A DNA stretch of 64,000 nt from Flectonema sp. DT1601 (GCA_964019425.1 OZ025792.1:744001-808000); one strand, 5' to 3'; positions 11,544 through 23,641 are shown, counted from the first letter of the stretch. Notes: generated from the letters alone by a model not told the origin. Program-made: numbers and translations.

Positions 11544-14321
11544 ATGATTTCTTCAATAGCTGTTATCGTCACCATCGCTATTTCTCAAAGGCCGTGTGAT
11601 TCCTACACGAATTTGAGAAGCTGCAGAAGAGCAGTGTGCCCAGATCTTTCTAATCAACAATGTTCTTGGATTAGATCTACGAGGGAGTGTAGATGTGTGA
11701 AACCTTCTTGCGATGACTTCTCGAGTCAAGCTGATTGTCAGACAGCCAATTGCCCAGACCAAGAAGGTCGTCAGTGCCTCTGGACTAATAGGGGATGTAA
11801 GTGCAACACCGCTCCAAGAACCTGTGCTGACTTCTCGAGTCAAGGTGATTGTCAGACAGCCAATTGCCCAGACCAAGAAGGTCGTCAGTGCCTCTGGACT
11901 AATAACGGATGTAAATGTAACACCGATCCAAGAACCTGTGCTGACTTCTCGAGTCAAGCTGATTGTCAGACAGCCAATTGCCCAGACCAAGAAGGTCGTC
12001 AGTGCCTCTGGACTAATAACAGATGTAAGTGCAACACTGATCCAAGAACCTGTGCTGACTTCTCGAGTCAAGGTGATTGTCAGACAGCCAATTGCCCAGA
12101 CCAAGAAGGTCGTCAGTGCCTCTGGACTAATAACGGATGTATATGTAACACCGATCCAAGAACCTGTGCTGACTTCTCGAGTCAAGCTGATTGTCAGACA
12201 GCCAATTGCCCAGACCAAGAAGGTCGTCAGTGCCTCTGGACTAATAACAGATGTAAGTGCAACACTGATCCAAGAACCTGTGCTGACTTCTCGAGTCAAG
12301 CTGATTGTCAGACAGCCAATTGCCCAGACCAAGAAGGTCGTCAGTGCCTCTGGACTAATAACAGATGTAAGTGCAACACTGATCCAAGAACCTGTGCTGA
12401 CTACTCAAGTCAAGCTGATTGTCAGACAGCCAATTGCCCAGACCAAGAAGGTCGTCAGTGCCTCTGGACTAATAACGGATGTAAATGTAACACCGATCCA
12501 AGAACCTGTGCTGACTTCTCGAGTCAAGGTGATTGTCAGACAGCCAATTGCCCAGACCAAGAAGGTCGTCAGTGCCTCTGGACTAATAACGGATGTAAGT
12601 GCAACACTGATCCAAGAACCTGTGCTGACTTCTCGAGTCAAGCTGATTGTCAGACAGCCAATTGCCCAGACCAAGAAGGTCGTCAGTGCCTCTGGACTAA
12701 TAACGGATGTAAGTGCAACACTGATCCAAGAACCTGTGCTGACTACTCAAGTCAAGCTGATTGTCAGACAGCCAATTGCCCAGACCAAGAAGGTCGTCAG
12801 TGCCTCTGGACTAATAACGGATGTAAGTGCAACACTGATCCAAGAACCTGTGCTGACTTCTCGAGTCAAGCTGATTGTCAGACAGCCAATTGCCCAGACC
12901 AAGAAGGTCGTCAGTGCCTCTGGACTAATAACGGATGTAAGTGCAACACTGATCCAAGAACCTGTGCTGACTACTCAAGTCAAGCTGATTGTCAGACAGC
13001 CAATTGCCCAGACCAAGAAGGTCGTCAGTGCCTCTGGACTAATAACGGATGTAAGTGCAACACTGATCCAAGAACCTGTGCTGACTACTCAAGTCAAGCT
13101 GATTGTCAGACAGCCAATTGCCCAGACCAAGAAGGTCGTCAGTGCCTCTGGACTAATAACGGATGTAAGTGCAACACTGATCCAAGAACCTGTGCTGACT
13201 TCTCGAGTCAAGCTGATTGTCAGACAGCCAATTGCCCAGACCAAGAAGGTCGTCAGTGCCTCTGGACTAATAACGGATGTAAGTGCAACACTGATCCAAG
13301 AACCTGTGCTGACTTCTCGAGTCAAGCTGATTGTCAGACAGCCAATTGCCCAGACCAAGAAGGTCGTCAGTGCCTCTGGACTAATAACAGATGTAAGTGC
13401 AACACTGATCCAAGAACCTGTGCTGACTACTCAAGTCAAGCTGATTGTCAGACAGCCAATTGCCCAGACCAAGAAGGTCGTCAGTGCCTCTGGACTAATA
13501 ACGGATGTAAGTGCAACACTGATCCAAGAACCTGTGCTGACTTCTCGAGTCAAGCTGATTGTCAGACAGCCAATTGCCCAGACCAAGAAGGTCGTCAGTG
13601 CCTCTGGACTAATAACAGATGTAAGTGCAACACTGATCCAAGAACCTGTGCTGACTACTCAAGTCAAGCTGATTGTCAGACAGCCAATTGCCCAGACCAA
13701 GAAGGTCGTCAGTGCCTCTGGACTAATAACGGATGTAAGTGCAACACTGATCCAAGAACCTGTGCTGACTTCTCGAGTCAAGCTGATTGTCAGACAGCCA
13801 ATTGCCCAGACCAAGAAGGTCGTCAGTGCCTCTGGACTAATAACAGATGTAAGTGCAACACTGATCCAAGAACCTGTGCTGACTACTCAAGTCAAGCTGA
13901 TTGTCAGACAGCCAATTGCCCAGACCAAGAAGGTCGTCAGTGCCTCTGGACTAATAACGGATGTAAGTGCAACACTGATCCAAGAACCTGTGCTGACTTC
14001 TCGAGTCAAGCTGATTGTCAGACAGCCAATTGCCCAGACCAAGAAGGTCGTCAGTGCCACTGGACTAATAACGGATGTAAGTGCAACACCGCTCCAAGAA
14101 CCTGTGCTGACTTCTCGAGTCAAGGTGATTGTCAGACAGCCAATTGCCCAGACCAAGAAGGTCGTCAGTGCCTCTGGACTAATAACAGATGTAAGTGCAA
14201 CACTGATCCAAGAACCTGTGCTGACTTCTCGAGTCAAGCTGATTGTCAGACAGCCAATTGCCCAGACCAAGAAGGTCGTCAGTGCCTCTGGACTAATAAC
14301 GGATGTAAGTGCAAGAAGTGA
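11544..14321 (+). CDS. Putative secreted Cys-rich tandem-repeat protein, copy 2 (23 units)
   Basis: 925 aa = 55 + 22x38 + 34. Same leader and end as copy 1. Confidence 0.85.
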   Translation: MISSIAVIVTIAISQRPCDSYTNLRSCRRAVCPDLSNQQCSWIRSTRECRCVKPSCDDFSSQADCQTANCPDQEGRQCLWTNRGCKCNTAPRTCADFSSQGDCQTANCPDQEGRQCLWTNNGCKCNTDPRTCADFSSQADCQTANCPDQEGRQCLWTNNRCKCNTDPRTCADFSSQGDCQTANCPDQEGRQCLWTNNGCICNTDPRTCADFSSQADCQTANCPDQEGRQCLWTNNRCKCNTDPRTCADFSSQADCQTANCPDQEGRQCLWTNNRCKCNTDPRTCADYSSQADCQTANCPDQEGRQCLWTNNGCKCNTDPRTCADFSSQGDCQTANCPDQEGRQCLWTNNGCKCNTDPRTCADFSSQADCQTANCPDQEGRQCLWTNNGCKCNTDPRTCADYSSQADCQTANCPDQEGRQCLWTNNGCKCNTDPRTCADFSSQADCQTANCPDQEGRQCLWTNNGCKCNTDPRTCADYSSQADCQTANCPDQEGRQCLWTNNGCKCNTDPRTCADYSSQADCQTANCPDQEGRQCLWTNNGCKCNTDPRTCADFSSQADCQTANCPDQEGRQCLWTNNGCKCNTDPRTCADFSSQADCQTANCPDQEGRQCLWTNNRCKCNTDPRTCADYSSQADCQTANCPDQEGRQCLWTNNGCKCNTDPRTCADFSSQADCQTANCPDQEGRQCLWTNNRCKCNTDPRTCADYSSQADCQTANCPDQEGRQCLWTNNGCKCNTDPRTCADFSSQADCQTANCPDQEGRQCLWTNNRCKCNTDPRTCADYSSQADCQTANCPDQEGRQCLWTNNGCKCNTDPRTCADFSSQADCQTANCPDQEGRQCHWTNNGCKCNTAPRTCADFSSQGDCQTANCPDQEGRQCLWTNNRCKCNTDPRTCADFSSQADCQTANCPDQEGRQCLWTNNGCKCKK

Positions 14322-15645
14322 AGCTGGGTATAATTGCCGATTGATGTAGTCAGCGGTGTATTGTATGTCGTGTTGGTTTATAAGATCTGTGTTTTTATAT
14401 TTTGCATCTTGCATAAACCGATCGGAGTGGCCATGTCGTGAGAATTGATTTTTATTAAATTAGATAAAATGCTTTAAGGATGAGAACCATGGAGAACTGT
14501 GTTGATTAACATATTAAGTGTGTGAAGAAGTATTGTTAATTGTTGTGAAATGGATGATGGTGTTTTCTCTTTGAAGTCTTCTATGAGTGTTTTAGATAGT
14601 TTGGTATAATTAATTCGTGTTTTATGTATTAGTCGCTGTTATTTTTTTTTATATATTTTTATCGCTCACCTGGTTTAAGTAGTGATGAATGCACTCTGTA
14701 TTTAGTAGGATGTTGTTGCTTCTTCTTGTGCGGTGTGATCATGACTCTTCATTTTACTCTCTCACGACGGTATCTTTTTGTATGACATTTAGACAACTGT
14801 TTTAACTAACAATTCAGAAACTGATTGTTCATTGCTCTTTTTTCCTTCCTTGTCGGTTTTTCTAATTCCGTTCCCTAGCTTTTCCTGGAATACACTTCTT
14901 CAGGGGAATGAAATATTACAATATATGTTGTATTATTTGAGTATCGGTAGCATTGGACTGAAGTTAATTCATTCCAACCTACTGAGTTACCTGCTTATGC
15001 TTCTCATGTTATAGTGCAATGTTGGATAAAATCTGACTTATTTCTTCCTCGAGGGTGTTGTTGAGCACCGCTGTAGTTTTCCTCTTCTTCTTCCTCTGTT
15101 TAGATGGATACATGTCTCTGAAAGAGTTGTTGAAGTGAGTGGAAATCTTAGTCGGTGTCTGTTGTAGCCATCTTTACTACGTTGATTTTGTTATTCTTTC
15201 TTCTTTCTAATACTCGAATTAACAAAATGTCGATTCCATGATGAGCAGTGAAAGGTTTCGTATTTGGTCCTTGTAATTCATTATAACATAGGAATCGTAC
15301 AAAACATGTCGCGTGGTATTGCTCACAAAATAAGAGTGTCTCTGCTACAGTTGACCAGTTCCTTTAGTATTAGTTTTTGGAAGGAAAATCATAACTATTT
15401 AATTCCGTGTACGCTGCTTGTTGTTATTTGTCGTTGTTATTCAGTAACTAATATCTTTTAAAGTTCACAGCTCTGATTGATTTACTAGTATCGGTACTGT
15501 TTTATAATCATCAATTTTCATGTACATAAAAATTATAAGAACATCGTTGGACTTTACAGCGGGTGGAAAAGTCTTTGACTTTCTTTTCTTACTTTTGTAT
15601 TCTCGCATCTTCATATTACTCTATACAGTTTTCCTTACTTAAAAT

Positions 15646-18600
15646 ATGATTTCTTCAATAGCTGTTATCGTCACCATCGCTATTTCTCAAAGGCCGTGTG
15701 ATTCCTACACGAATTTGAGAAGCTGCAGAAGAGCAGTGTGCCCAGATCTTTCTAATCAACAATGTTCTTGGATTAGATCTACGAGGGAGTGTAGATGTGT
15801 GAAACCTTCTTGCGATGACTTCTCGAGTCAAGCTGATTGTCAGACAGCCAATTGCCCAGACCAAGAAGGTCGTCAGTGCCTCTGGACTAATAGGGGATGT
15901 AAGTGCAACACCGCTCCAAGAACCTGTGCTGACTTCTCGAGTCAAGGTGATTGTCAGACAGCCAATTGCCCAGACCAAGAAGGTCGTCAGTGCCTCTGGA
16001 CTAATAACGGATGTAAATGTAACACCGATCCAAGAACCTGTGCTGACTTCTCGAGTCAAGCTGATTGTCAGACAGCCAATTGCCCAGACCAAGAAGGTCG
16101 TCAGTGCCTCTGGACTAATAACAGATGTAAGTGCAACACTGATCCAAGAACCTGTGCTGACTTCTCGAGTCAAGGTGATTGTCAGACAGCCAGTTGCCCA
16201 GACCAAGAAGGTCGTCAGTGCCTCTGGACTAATAACGGATGTAAGTGCAACACCGCTCCAAGAACCTGTGCTGACTTCTCGAGTCAAGCTGATTGTCAGA
16301 CAGCCAATTGCCCAGACCAAGAAGGTCGTCAGTGCCTCTGGACTAATAACGGATGTAAGTGCAACACTGATCCAAGAACCTGTGCTGACTACTCAAGTCA
16401 AGCTGATTGTCAGACAGCCAATTGCCCAGACCAAGAAGGTCGTCAGTGCCTCTGGACTAATAACGGATGTAAGTGCAACACTGATCCAAGAACCTGTGCT
16501 GACTTCTCGAGTCAAGCTGATTGTCAGACAGCCAATTGCCCAGACCAAGAAGGTCGTCAGTGCCTCTGGACTAATAACGGATGTAAGTGCAACACCGCTC
16601 CAAGAACCTGTGCTGACTTCTCGAGTCAAGCTGATTGTCAGACAGCCAATTGCCCAGACCAAGAAGGTCGTCAGTGCCTCTGGACTAATAACGGATGTAA
16701 GTGCAACACTGATCCAAGAACCTGTGCTGACTACTCAAGTCAAGCTGATTGTCAGACAGCCAATTGCCCAGACCAAGAAGGTCGTCAGTGCCTCTGGACT
16801 AATAACAGATGTAAGTGCAACACTGATCCAAGAACCTGTGCTGACTTCTCGAGTCAAGCTGATTGTCAGACAGCCAATTGCCCAGACCAAGAAGGTCGTC
16901 AGTGCCTCTGGACTAATAACGGATGTAAGTGCAACACCGCTCCAAGAACCTGTGCTGACTTCTCGAGTCAAGCTGATTGTCAGACAGCCAATTGCCCAGA
17001 CCAAGAAGGTCGTCAGTGCCTCTGGACTAATAACGGATGTAAGTGCAACACTGATCCAAGAACCTGTGCTGACTACTCAAGTCAAGCTGATTGTCAGACA
17101 GCCAATTGCCCAGACCAAGAAGGTCGTCAGTGCCTCTGGACTAATAACGGATGTAAGTGCAACACTGATCCAAGAACCTGTGCTGACTTCTCGAGTCAAG
17201 CTGATTGTCAGACAGCCAATTGCCCAGACCAAGAAGGTCGTCAGTGCCTCTGGACTAATAACGGATGTAAGTGCAACACTGATCCAAGAACCTGTGCTGA
17301 CTTCTCGAGTCAAGCTGATTGTCAGACAGCCAATTGCCCAGACCAAGAAGGTCGTCAGTGCCTCTGGACTAATAACAGATGTAAGTGCAACACTGATCCA
17401 AGAACCTGTGCTGACTTCTCGAGTCAAGCTGATTGTCAGACAGCCAATTGCCCAGACCAAGAAGGTCGTCAGTGCCTCTGGACTAATAACGGATGTAAGT
17501 GCAACACTGATCCAAGAACCTGTGCTGACTTCTCGAGTCAAGCTGATTGTCAGACAGCCAATTGCCCAGACCAAGAAGGTCGTCAGTGCCTCTGGACTAA
17601 TAACGGATGTAAGTGCAACACTGATCCAAGAACCTGTGCTGACTACTCAAGTCAAGCTGATTGTCAGACAGCCAATTGCCCAGACCAAGAAGGTCGTCAG
17701 TGCCTCTGGACTAATAACGGATGTAAGTGCAACACTGATCCAAGAACCTGTGCTGACTTCTCGAGTCAAGCTGATTGTCAGACAGCCAATTGCCCAGACC
17801 AAGAAGGTCGTCAGTGCCTCTGGACTAATAACGGATGTAAGTGCAACACTGATCCAAGAACCTGTGCTGACTTCTCGAGTCAAGCTGATTGTCAGACAGC
17901 CAATTGCCCAGACCAAGAAGGTCGTCAGTGCCTCTGGACTAATAACGGATGTAAGTGCAACACCGCTCCAAGAACCTGTGCTGACTTCTCGAGTCAAGCT
18001 GATTGTCAGACAGCCAATTGCCCAGACCAAGAAGGTCGTCAGTGCCTCTGGACTAATAACGGATGTAAGTGCAACACTGATCCAAGAACCTGTGCTGACT
18101 ACTCAAGTCAAGCTGATTGTCAGACAGCCAATTGCCCAGACCAAGAAGGTCGTCAGTGCCTCTGGACTAATAACGGATGTAAGTGCAACACTGATCCAAG
18201 AACCTGTGCTGACTTCTCGAGTCAAGCTGATTGTCAGACAGCCAATTGCCCAGACCAAGAAGGTCGTCAGTGCCTCTGGACTAATAACAGATGTAAGTGC
18301 AACACTGATCCAAGAACCTGTGCTGACTTCTCGAGTCAAGCTGATTGTCAGACAGCCAATTGCCCAGACCAAGAAGGTCGTCAGTGCCTCTGGACTAATA
18401 ACGGATGTAAGTGCAACACTGATCCAAGAACCTGTGCTGACTTCTCGAGTCAAGCTGATTGTCAGACAGCCAATTGCCCAGACCAAGAAGGTCGTCAGTG
18501 CCTCTGGACTAATAACGGATGTAAGTGCAACACTGATCCAAGAACCTGTGCTGACTACTCAAGTCAAGCTGATTGTCAGACAGCCAATTGCCCAGACCAA

Positions 18601-20133
18601 GAAGGTCGTCAGTGCCTCTGGACTAATAACGGATGTAAGTGCAACACTGATCCAAGAACCTGTGCTGACTTCTCGAGTCAAGCTGATTGTCAGACAGCCA
18701 ATTGCCCAGACCAAGAAGGTCGTCAGTGCCTCTGGACTAATAACAGATGTAAGTGCAACACTGATCCAAGAACCTGTGCTGACTTCTCGAGTCAAGCTGA
18801 TTGTCAGACAGCCAATTGCCCAGACCAAGAAGGTCGTCAGTGCCTCTGGACTAATAACGGATGTAAGTGCAACACTGATCCAAGAACCTGTGCTGACTTC
18901 TCGAGTCAAGCTGATTGTCAGACAGCCAATTGCCCAGACCAAGAAGGTCGTCAGTGCCTCTGGACTAATAACGGATGTAAGTGCAACACTGATCCAAGAA
19001 CCTGTGCTGACTACTCAAGTCAAGCTGATTGTCAGACAGCCAATTGCCCAGACCAAGAAGGTCGTCAGTGCCTCTGGACTAATAACGGATGTAAGTGCAA
19101 CACTGATCCAAGAACCTGTGCTGACTTCTCGAGTCAAGCTGATTGTCAGACAGCCAATTGCCCAGACCAAGAAGGTCGTCAGTGCCTCTGGACTAATAAC
19201 AGATGTAAGTGCAACACTGATCCAAGAACCTGTGCTGACTTCTCGAGTCAAGCTGATTGTCAGACAGCCAATTGCCCAGACCAAGAAGGTCGTCAGTGCC
19301 TCTGGACTAATAACGGATGTAAGTGCAACACTGATCCAAGAACCTGTGCTGACTTCTCGAGTCAAGCTGATTGTCAGACAGCCAATTGCCCAGACCAAGA
19401 AGGTCGTCAGTGCCTCTGGACTAATAACGGATGTAAGTGCAACACTGATCCAAGAACCTGTGCTGACTACTCAAGTCAAGCTGATTGTCAGACAGCCAAT
19501 TGCCCAGACCAAGAAGGTCGTCAGTGCCTCTGGACTAATAACGGATGTAAGTGCAACACTGATCCAAGAACCTGTGCTGACTACTCAAGTCAAGCTGATT
19601 GTCAGACAGCCAATTGCCCAGACCAAGAAGGTCGTCAGTGCCTCTGGACTAATAACGGATGTAAGTGCAACACTGATCCAAGAACCTGTGCTGACTTCTC
19701 GAGTCAAGCTGATTGTCAGACAGCCAATTGCCCAGACCAAGAAGGTCGTCAGTGCCTCTGGACTAATAACAGATGTAAGTGCAACACTGATCCAAGAACC
19801 TGTGCTGACTTCTCGAGTCAAGCTGATTGTCAGACAGCCAATTGCCCAGACCAAGAAGGTCGTCAGTGCCTCTGGACTAATAACGGATGTAAATGTAACA
19901 CCGATCCAAGAACCTGTGCTGACTTCTCGAGTCAAGCTGATTGTCAGACAGCCAATTGCCCAGACCAAGAAGGTCGTCAGTGCCTCTGGACTAATAACGG
20001 ATGTAAGTGCAACACTGATCCAAGAACCTGTGCTGACTTCTCGAGTCAAGCTGATTGTCAGACAGCCAATTGCCCAGACCAAGAAGGTCGTCAGTGCCTC
20101 TGGACTAATAACGGATGTAAGTGCAAGAAGTGA
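15646..20133 (+). CDS. Putative secreted Cys-rich tandem-repeat protein, copy 3 (38 units)
   Basis: 1495 aa = 55 + 37x38 + 34. Same leader and end. Confidence 0.85.
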   Translation: MISSIAVIVTIAISQRPCDSYTNLRSCRRAVCPDLSNQQCSWIRSTRECRCVKPSCDDFSSQADCQTANCPDQEGRQCLWTNRGCKCNTAPRTCADFSSQGDCQTANCPDQEGRQCLWTNNGCKCNTDPRTCADFSSQADCQTANCPDQEGRQCLWTNNRCKCNTDPRTCADFSSQGDCQTASCPDQEGRQCLWTNNGCKCNTAPRTCADFSSQADCQTANCPDQEGRQCLWTNNGCKCNTDPRTCADYSSQADCQTANCPDQEGRQCLWTNNGCKCNTDPRTCADFSSQADCQTANCPDQEGRQCLWTNNGCKCNTAPRTCADFSSQADCQTANCPDQEGRQCLWTNNGCKCNTDPRTCADYSSQADCQTANCPDQEGRQCLWTNNRCKCNTDPRTCADFSSQADCQTANCPDQEGRQCLWTNNGCKCNTAPRTCADFSSQADCQTANCPDQEGRQCLWTNNGCKCNTDPRTCADYSSQADCQTANCPDQEGRQCLWTNNGCKCNTDPRTCADFSSQADCQTANCPDQEGRQCLWTNNGCKCNTDPRTCADFSSQADCQTANCPDQEGRQCLWTNNRCKCNTDPRTCADFSSQADCQTANCPDQEGRQCLWTNNGCKCNTDPRTCADFSSQADCQTANCPDQEGRQCLWTNNGCKCNTDPRTCADYSSQADCQTANCPDQEGRQCLWTNNGCKCNTDPRTCADFSSQADCQTANCPDQEGRQCLWTNNGCKCNTDPRTCADFSSQADCQTANCPDQEGRQCLWTNNGCKCNTAPRTCADFSSQADCQTANCPDQEGRQCLWTNNGCKCNTDPRTCADYSSQADCQTANCPDQEGRQCLWTNNGCKCNTDPRTCADFSSQADCQTANCPDQEGRQCLWTNNRCKCNTDPRTCADFSSQADCQTANCPDQEGRQCLWTNNGCKCNTDPRTCADFSSQADCQTANCPDQEGRQCLWTNNGCKCNTDPRTCADYSSQADCQTANCPDQEGRQCLWTNNGCKCNTDPRTCADFSSQADCQTANCPDQEGRQCLWTNNRCKCNTDPRTCADFSSQADCQTANCPDQEGRQCLWTNNGCKCNTDPRTCADFSSQADCQTANCPDQEGRQCLWTNNGCKCNTDPRTCADYSSQADCQTANCPDQEGRQCLWTNNGCKCNTDPRTCADFSSQADCQTANCPDQEGRQCLWTNNRCKCNTDPRTCADFSSQADCQTANCPDQEGRQCLWTNNGCKCNTDPRTCADFSSQADCQTANCPDQEGRQCLWTNNGCKCNTDPRTCADYSSQADCQTANCPDQEGRQCLWTNNGCKCNTDPRTCADYSSQADCQTANCPDQEGRQCLWTNNGCKCNTDPRTCADFSSQADCQTANCPDQEGRQCLWTNNRCKCNTDPRTCADFSSQADCQTANCPDQEGRQCLWTNNGCKCNTDPRTCADFSSQADCQTANCPDQEGRQCLWTNNGCKCNTDPRTCADFSSQADCQTANCPDQEGRQCLWTNNGCKCKK

Positions 20134-21319
20134 AGCTGGGTATAATTGCCGATTGATGTAGTCAGCGGTGTATTGTATGTCGTGTTGGTTTATAAGATCT
20201 GTGTTTTTATATTTTGCATCTTGCATAAACCGATCGGAGTGGCCATGTCGTGAGAATTGATTTTTATTAAATTAGATAAAATGCTTTAAGGATGAGAACC
20301 ATGGAGAACTGTGTTGATTAACATATTAAGTGTGTGAAGAAGTATTGTTAATTGTTGTGAAATGGATGATGGTGTTTTCTCTTTGAAGTCTTCTATGAGT
20401 GTTTTAGATAGTTTGGTATAATTAATTCGTGTTTTATGTATTAGTCGCTGTTATTTTTTTTTATATATTTTTATCGCTCACCTGGTTTAAGTAGTGATGA
20501 ATGCACTCTGTATTTAGTAGGATGTTGTTGCTTCTTCTTGTGCGGTGTGATCATGACTCTTCATTTTACTCTCTCACGACGGTATCTTTTTGTATGACAT
20601 TTAGACAACTGTTTTAACTAACAATTCAGAAACTGATTGTTCATTGCTCTTTTTTCCTTCCTTGTCGGTTTTTCTAATTCCGTTCCCTAGCTTTTCCTGG
20701 AATACACTTCTTCAGGGGAATGAAATATTACAATATATGTTGTATTATTTGAGTATCGGTAGCATTGGACTGAAGTTAATTCATTCCAACCTACTGAGTT
20801 ACCTGCTTATGCTTCTCATGTTATAGTGCAATGTTGGATAAAATCTGACTTATTTCTTCCTCGAGGGTGTTGTTGAGCACCGCTGTAGTTTTCCTCTTCT
20901 TCTTCCTCTGTTTAGATGGATACATGTCTCTGAAAGAGTTGTTGAAGTGAGTGGAAATCTTAGTCGGTGTCTGTTGTAGCCATCTTTACTACGTTGATTT
21001 TGTTATTCTTTCTTCTTTCTAATACTCGAATTAACAAAATGTCGATTCCATGATGAGCAGTGAAAGGTTTCGTATTTGGTCCTTGTAATTCATTATAACA
21101 TAGGTATCGTACAAAACATGTCGCGTGGTATTGCTCACAAAATAAGAGTGTCTCTGCTACAGTTGACCAGTTCCTTTAGTATTAGTTTTTGGAAGGAAAA
21201 TCATAACTATTTAATTCCGTGTACGCTGCTTGTTGTTATTTGTCGTTGTTATTCAGTAACTAATATCTTTTAAAATTCTAAACAGTTGTGTGTTATGATA
21301 CTTTAGTTAATAGTTGAAA

Positions 21320-23641
21320 ATGACTCTTTGTATATTAGAGGTTTGGGAATGGTTCTTAAACCTTTTTAAATCACCGGAAGATTCCGAACTGGATGCCCGA
21401 CGTAAGAAAATAGTAATCTCATTCTCATTAGTGGGATTGATGATTTGTATATTGTCAATTGGATATGTTGAGAGATTTACATGGGACAAGGGATCTATGT
21501 GGGTATCTGGGTGCGTCTCATTCTCAATGTTAACAAATATGTATCTCACAAAGAAGATATTAAATAAAAACATTGCATTGTACACATCACTACTGATTTT
21601 CGCGATTCTTGTTGGTGACTGGTGTACTGCACAAGTATCAGGAACAAGAGCATGGCCTGTTGTCGTTCTTTTTGCAGACATGTTACTATTATGTAATGTA
21701 CCTAAAAGTTATACAAAGACCTTAATCTGTGTTGTAGTGCCGTATCTAATGTTCGACTGTACAGAGCGCATATTCCGATTTGGATATTATGATTTGCCAT
21801 ACACATTTCCTAAAGAAGATCGCTACCTTCCTTGTGATTGTGATAACCCACCGTGTCCAAGGCATCCACTACCTTGTTTCATTGATGCCACTCTTGCTAG
21901 TTGTGTATTCCTCATGGATTTTATGATCACACGAGGATTCGCTGAAGGGATGCTTTCTGAACAGAAGAAGCTCCGAGAGAGCTCAGAGTTAGCTGAGAAG
22001 GTTGTGAAATGTTTAGTTCGGTTCGATTTGGAACTGGCTGAAGAAATACTGCGGCAGTCTTGCGAAACAGAGATGGGGGAAGTGCTTCAACAGTTGCTCT
22101 GTAACTTGCGAGTGTACCGACCGTACTTGCCGACTGCGCTCTTCGAGTTCGAAGACAGGGCGTCAGTAGATGTCCCAGTTCCGGGGATTTCTGGAGAGGA
22201 AGTGGCCGTCGTCTTCACCGACATCAAGAGCAGCTCCTTCTGTTGGGAGGCTGCGCCCGAAGCGATGGCCCGGGCACTTCGCAGTCACAATGCGGCGATC
22301 ACGCAGTGCATCGACAAGTATTCTGGTTATGAAGTGAAGACAATTGGTGATAGTTTCATGGTTGCCTTCTCATCCATAGTTGATGCTTGCAGCTTTGGTT
22401 TGAGTGTTCACGTGAAGCTGCTTGAGACTTCGTGGCCTCCCGAGTTGCTTGCGATCCCAATATGCATGCCAGACAGTTCTGGTGAGTGGGGCGGTCTGCG
22501 GGTTCGGATCGGTGTTGCGTGGGGAGAGGCGGTGGTGGAGCCGCAACGAACTTCTGACAAGTTTGACTACTTTGGACCGATTGTAAATCAGGCGGCTCGC
22601 ATTGAGAATGCCTGCGTTCCTGGATCTGTGTCTATCTCTGAGTCGGCGTACGATGAACTCCTGAAGTTGTCGACGGAGGATGGCGGCGTGTCTGAATTGC
22701 TGTCTGCGAATTGCATTCAAATGCCTGCCGTGGAACTCCGAGGAATTGGGAAACGGAGATTGTGGACATTGGTTCCATCCTGCTTGCCAGTGAGGTGCCT
22801 GACTGTGGAATATGAGATCACTGGTGTTGCAATGGCAGCTGATAATTGCAGCTTTAGCTCCATCAATTCAGTATCGACCTACATATCAACTACGATGTCT
22901 TTATCGAGAAGGAATACTGAAGAACGCCTAAGCAGACCGATTATTGGAGTTGCTCACGTGTCCATCCCCAGCAGTGAAGGAGAAGTAACCTTTGAGATGA
23001 ACCAAGGATTGCAAAGAGTGATAACATCTTTAGAAAGAACTTCTGGCATAGTTATTTCTGTTGTCGGTTCATCTGTGGTGGCAGGTTGGAATGTCACAGG
23101 TCGGCAAGATAATCACATCGAATGCTGTTTCCGATTTGTGCACTACATCTCGAGGTACGGAACATCGCAATTCACAATTGGTGTTAGCAATGGGAGGGTT
23201 TGTTACGGTCGGGTTGGTGCTGTTGGTCAACGCTTTGTGACAGCTATCGGTCCCTGTGTTCCGTTGTCGGGAAGTCTCTGTTCTGCTGCGAAGGAACTCG
23301 GTACGTTCTGTCTTTACGCCTCAACTGATGAGTATCTAAGTAGTGCGACTTGTCAGCGATTTTCCAGCGCTCTTCGCCCCGTTGATGAATGGTCATTTCT
23401 GCATTCTGATGGTAGTCTTTCTGTTTTAGTTTATCAGGTAAGACCTAGGGCACTTGTCTCTGAGGTCCCAGTTGGACTGCAAGAAGGTGACAACACATGG
23501 GAATGGTCTGATGATTATTGGGTGGCATTCCAAGCGAAGGATGTCATATCCATCGCTGCTGTTGCTGGTGATCCTCTGTTGAAGAAGGTTTTGAAATTAC
23601 TATCTACTGGTAACCACTTGAACCATGTTGTTTTTCTATAG
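21320..23641 (+). CDS. Multi-TM adenylate cyclase, paralogue 2
   Basis: First ATG at 21320. Same motifs as paralogue 1. Confidence 0.92.
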   Translation: MTLCILEVWEWFLNLFKSPEDSELDARRKKIVISFSLVGLMICILSIGYVERFTWDKGSMWVSGCVSFSMLTNMYLTKKILNKNIALYTSLLIFAILVGDWCTAQVSGTRAWPVVVLFADMLLLCNVPKSYTKTLICVVVPYLMFDCTERIFRFGYYDLPYTFPKEDRYLPCDCDNPPCPRHPLPCFIDATLASCVFLMDFMITRGFAEGMLSEQKKLRESSELAEKVVKCLVRFDLELAEEILRQSCETEMGEVLQQLLCNLRVYRPYLPTALFEFEDRASVDVPVPGISGEEVAVVFTDIKSSSFCWEAAPEAMARALRSHNAAITQCIDKYSGYEVKTIGDSFMVAFSSIVDACSFGLSVHVKLLETSWPPELLAIPICMPDSSGEWGGLRVRIGVAWGEAVVEPQRTSDKFDYFGPIVNQAARIENACVPGSVSISESAYDELLKLSTEDGGVSELLSANCIQMPAVELRGIGKRRLWTLVPSCLPVRCLTVEYEITGVAMAADNCSFSSINSVSTYISTTMSLSRRNTEERLSRPIIGVAHVSIPSSEGEVTFEMNQGLQRVITSLERTSGIVISVVGSSVVAGWNVTGRQDNHIECCFRFVHYISRYGTSQFTIGVSNGRVCYGRVGAVGQRFVTAIGPCVPLSGSLCSAAKELGTFCLYASTDEYLSSATCQRFSSALRPVDEWSFLHSDGSLSVLVYQVRPRALVSEVPVGLQEGDNTWEWSDDYWVAFQAKDVISIAAVAGDPLLKKVLKLLSTGNHLNHVVFL

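Noticed and set aside
8405..20130. Regular repeat array as CRISPR or a diversity-generating cassette
   Set aside because: The units are contiguous coding repeats without unique spacers. There are no cas genes and no adenine-specific variation.
8406..20161. Long alternative-frame (VKLIVRQPIAQTKK...) and antisense ORFs over the Cys-repeat genes
   Set aside because: These follow automatically from a stop-free 114-bp unit (a multiple of 3). They lack the leader and start context and are confined to the repeat.
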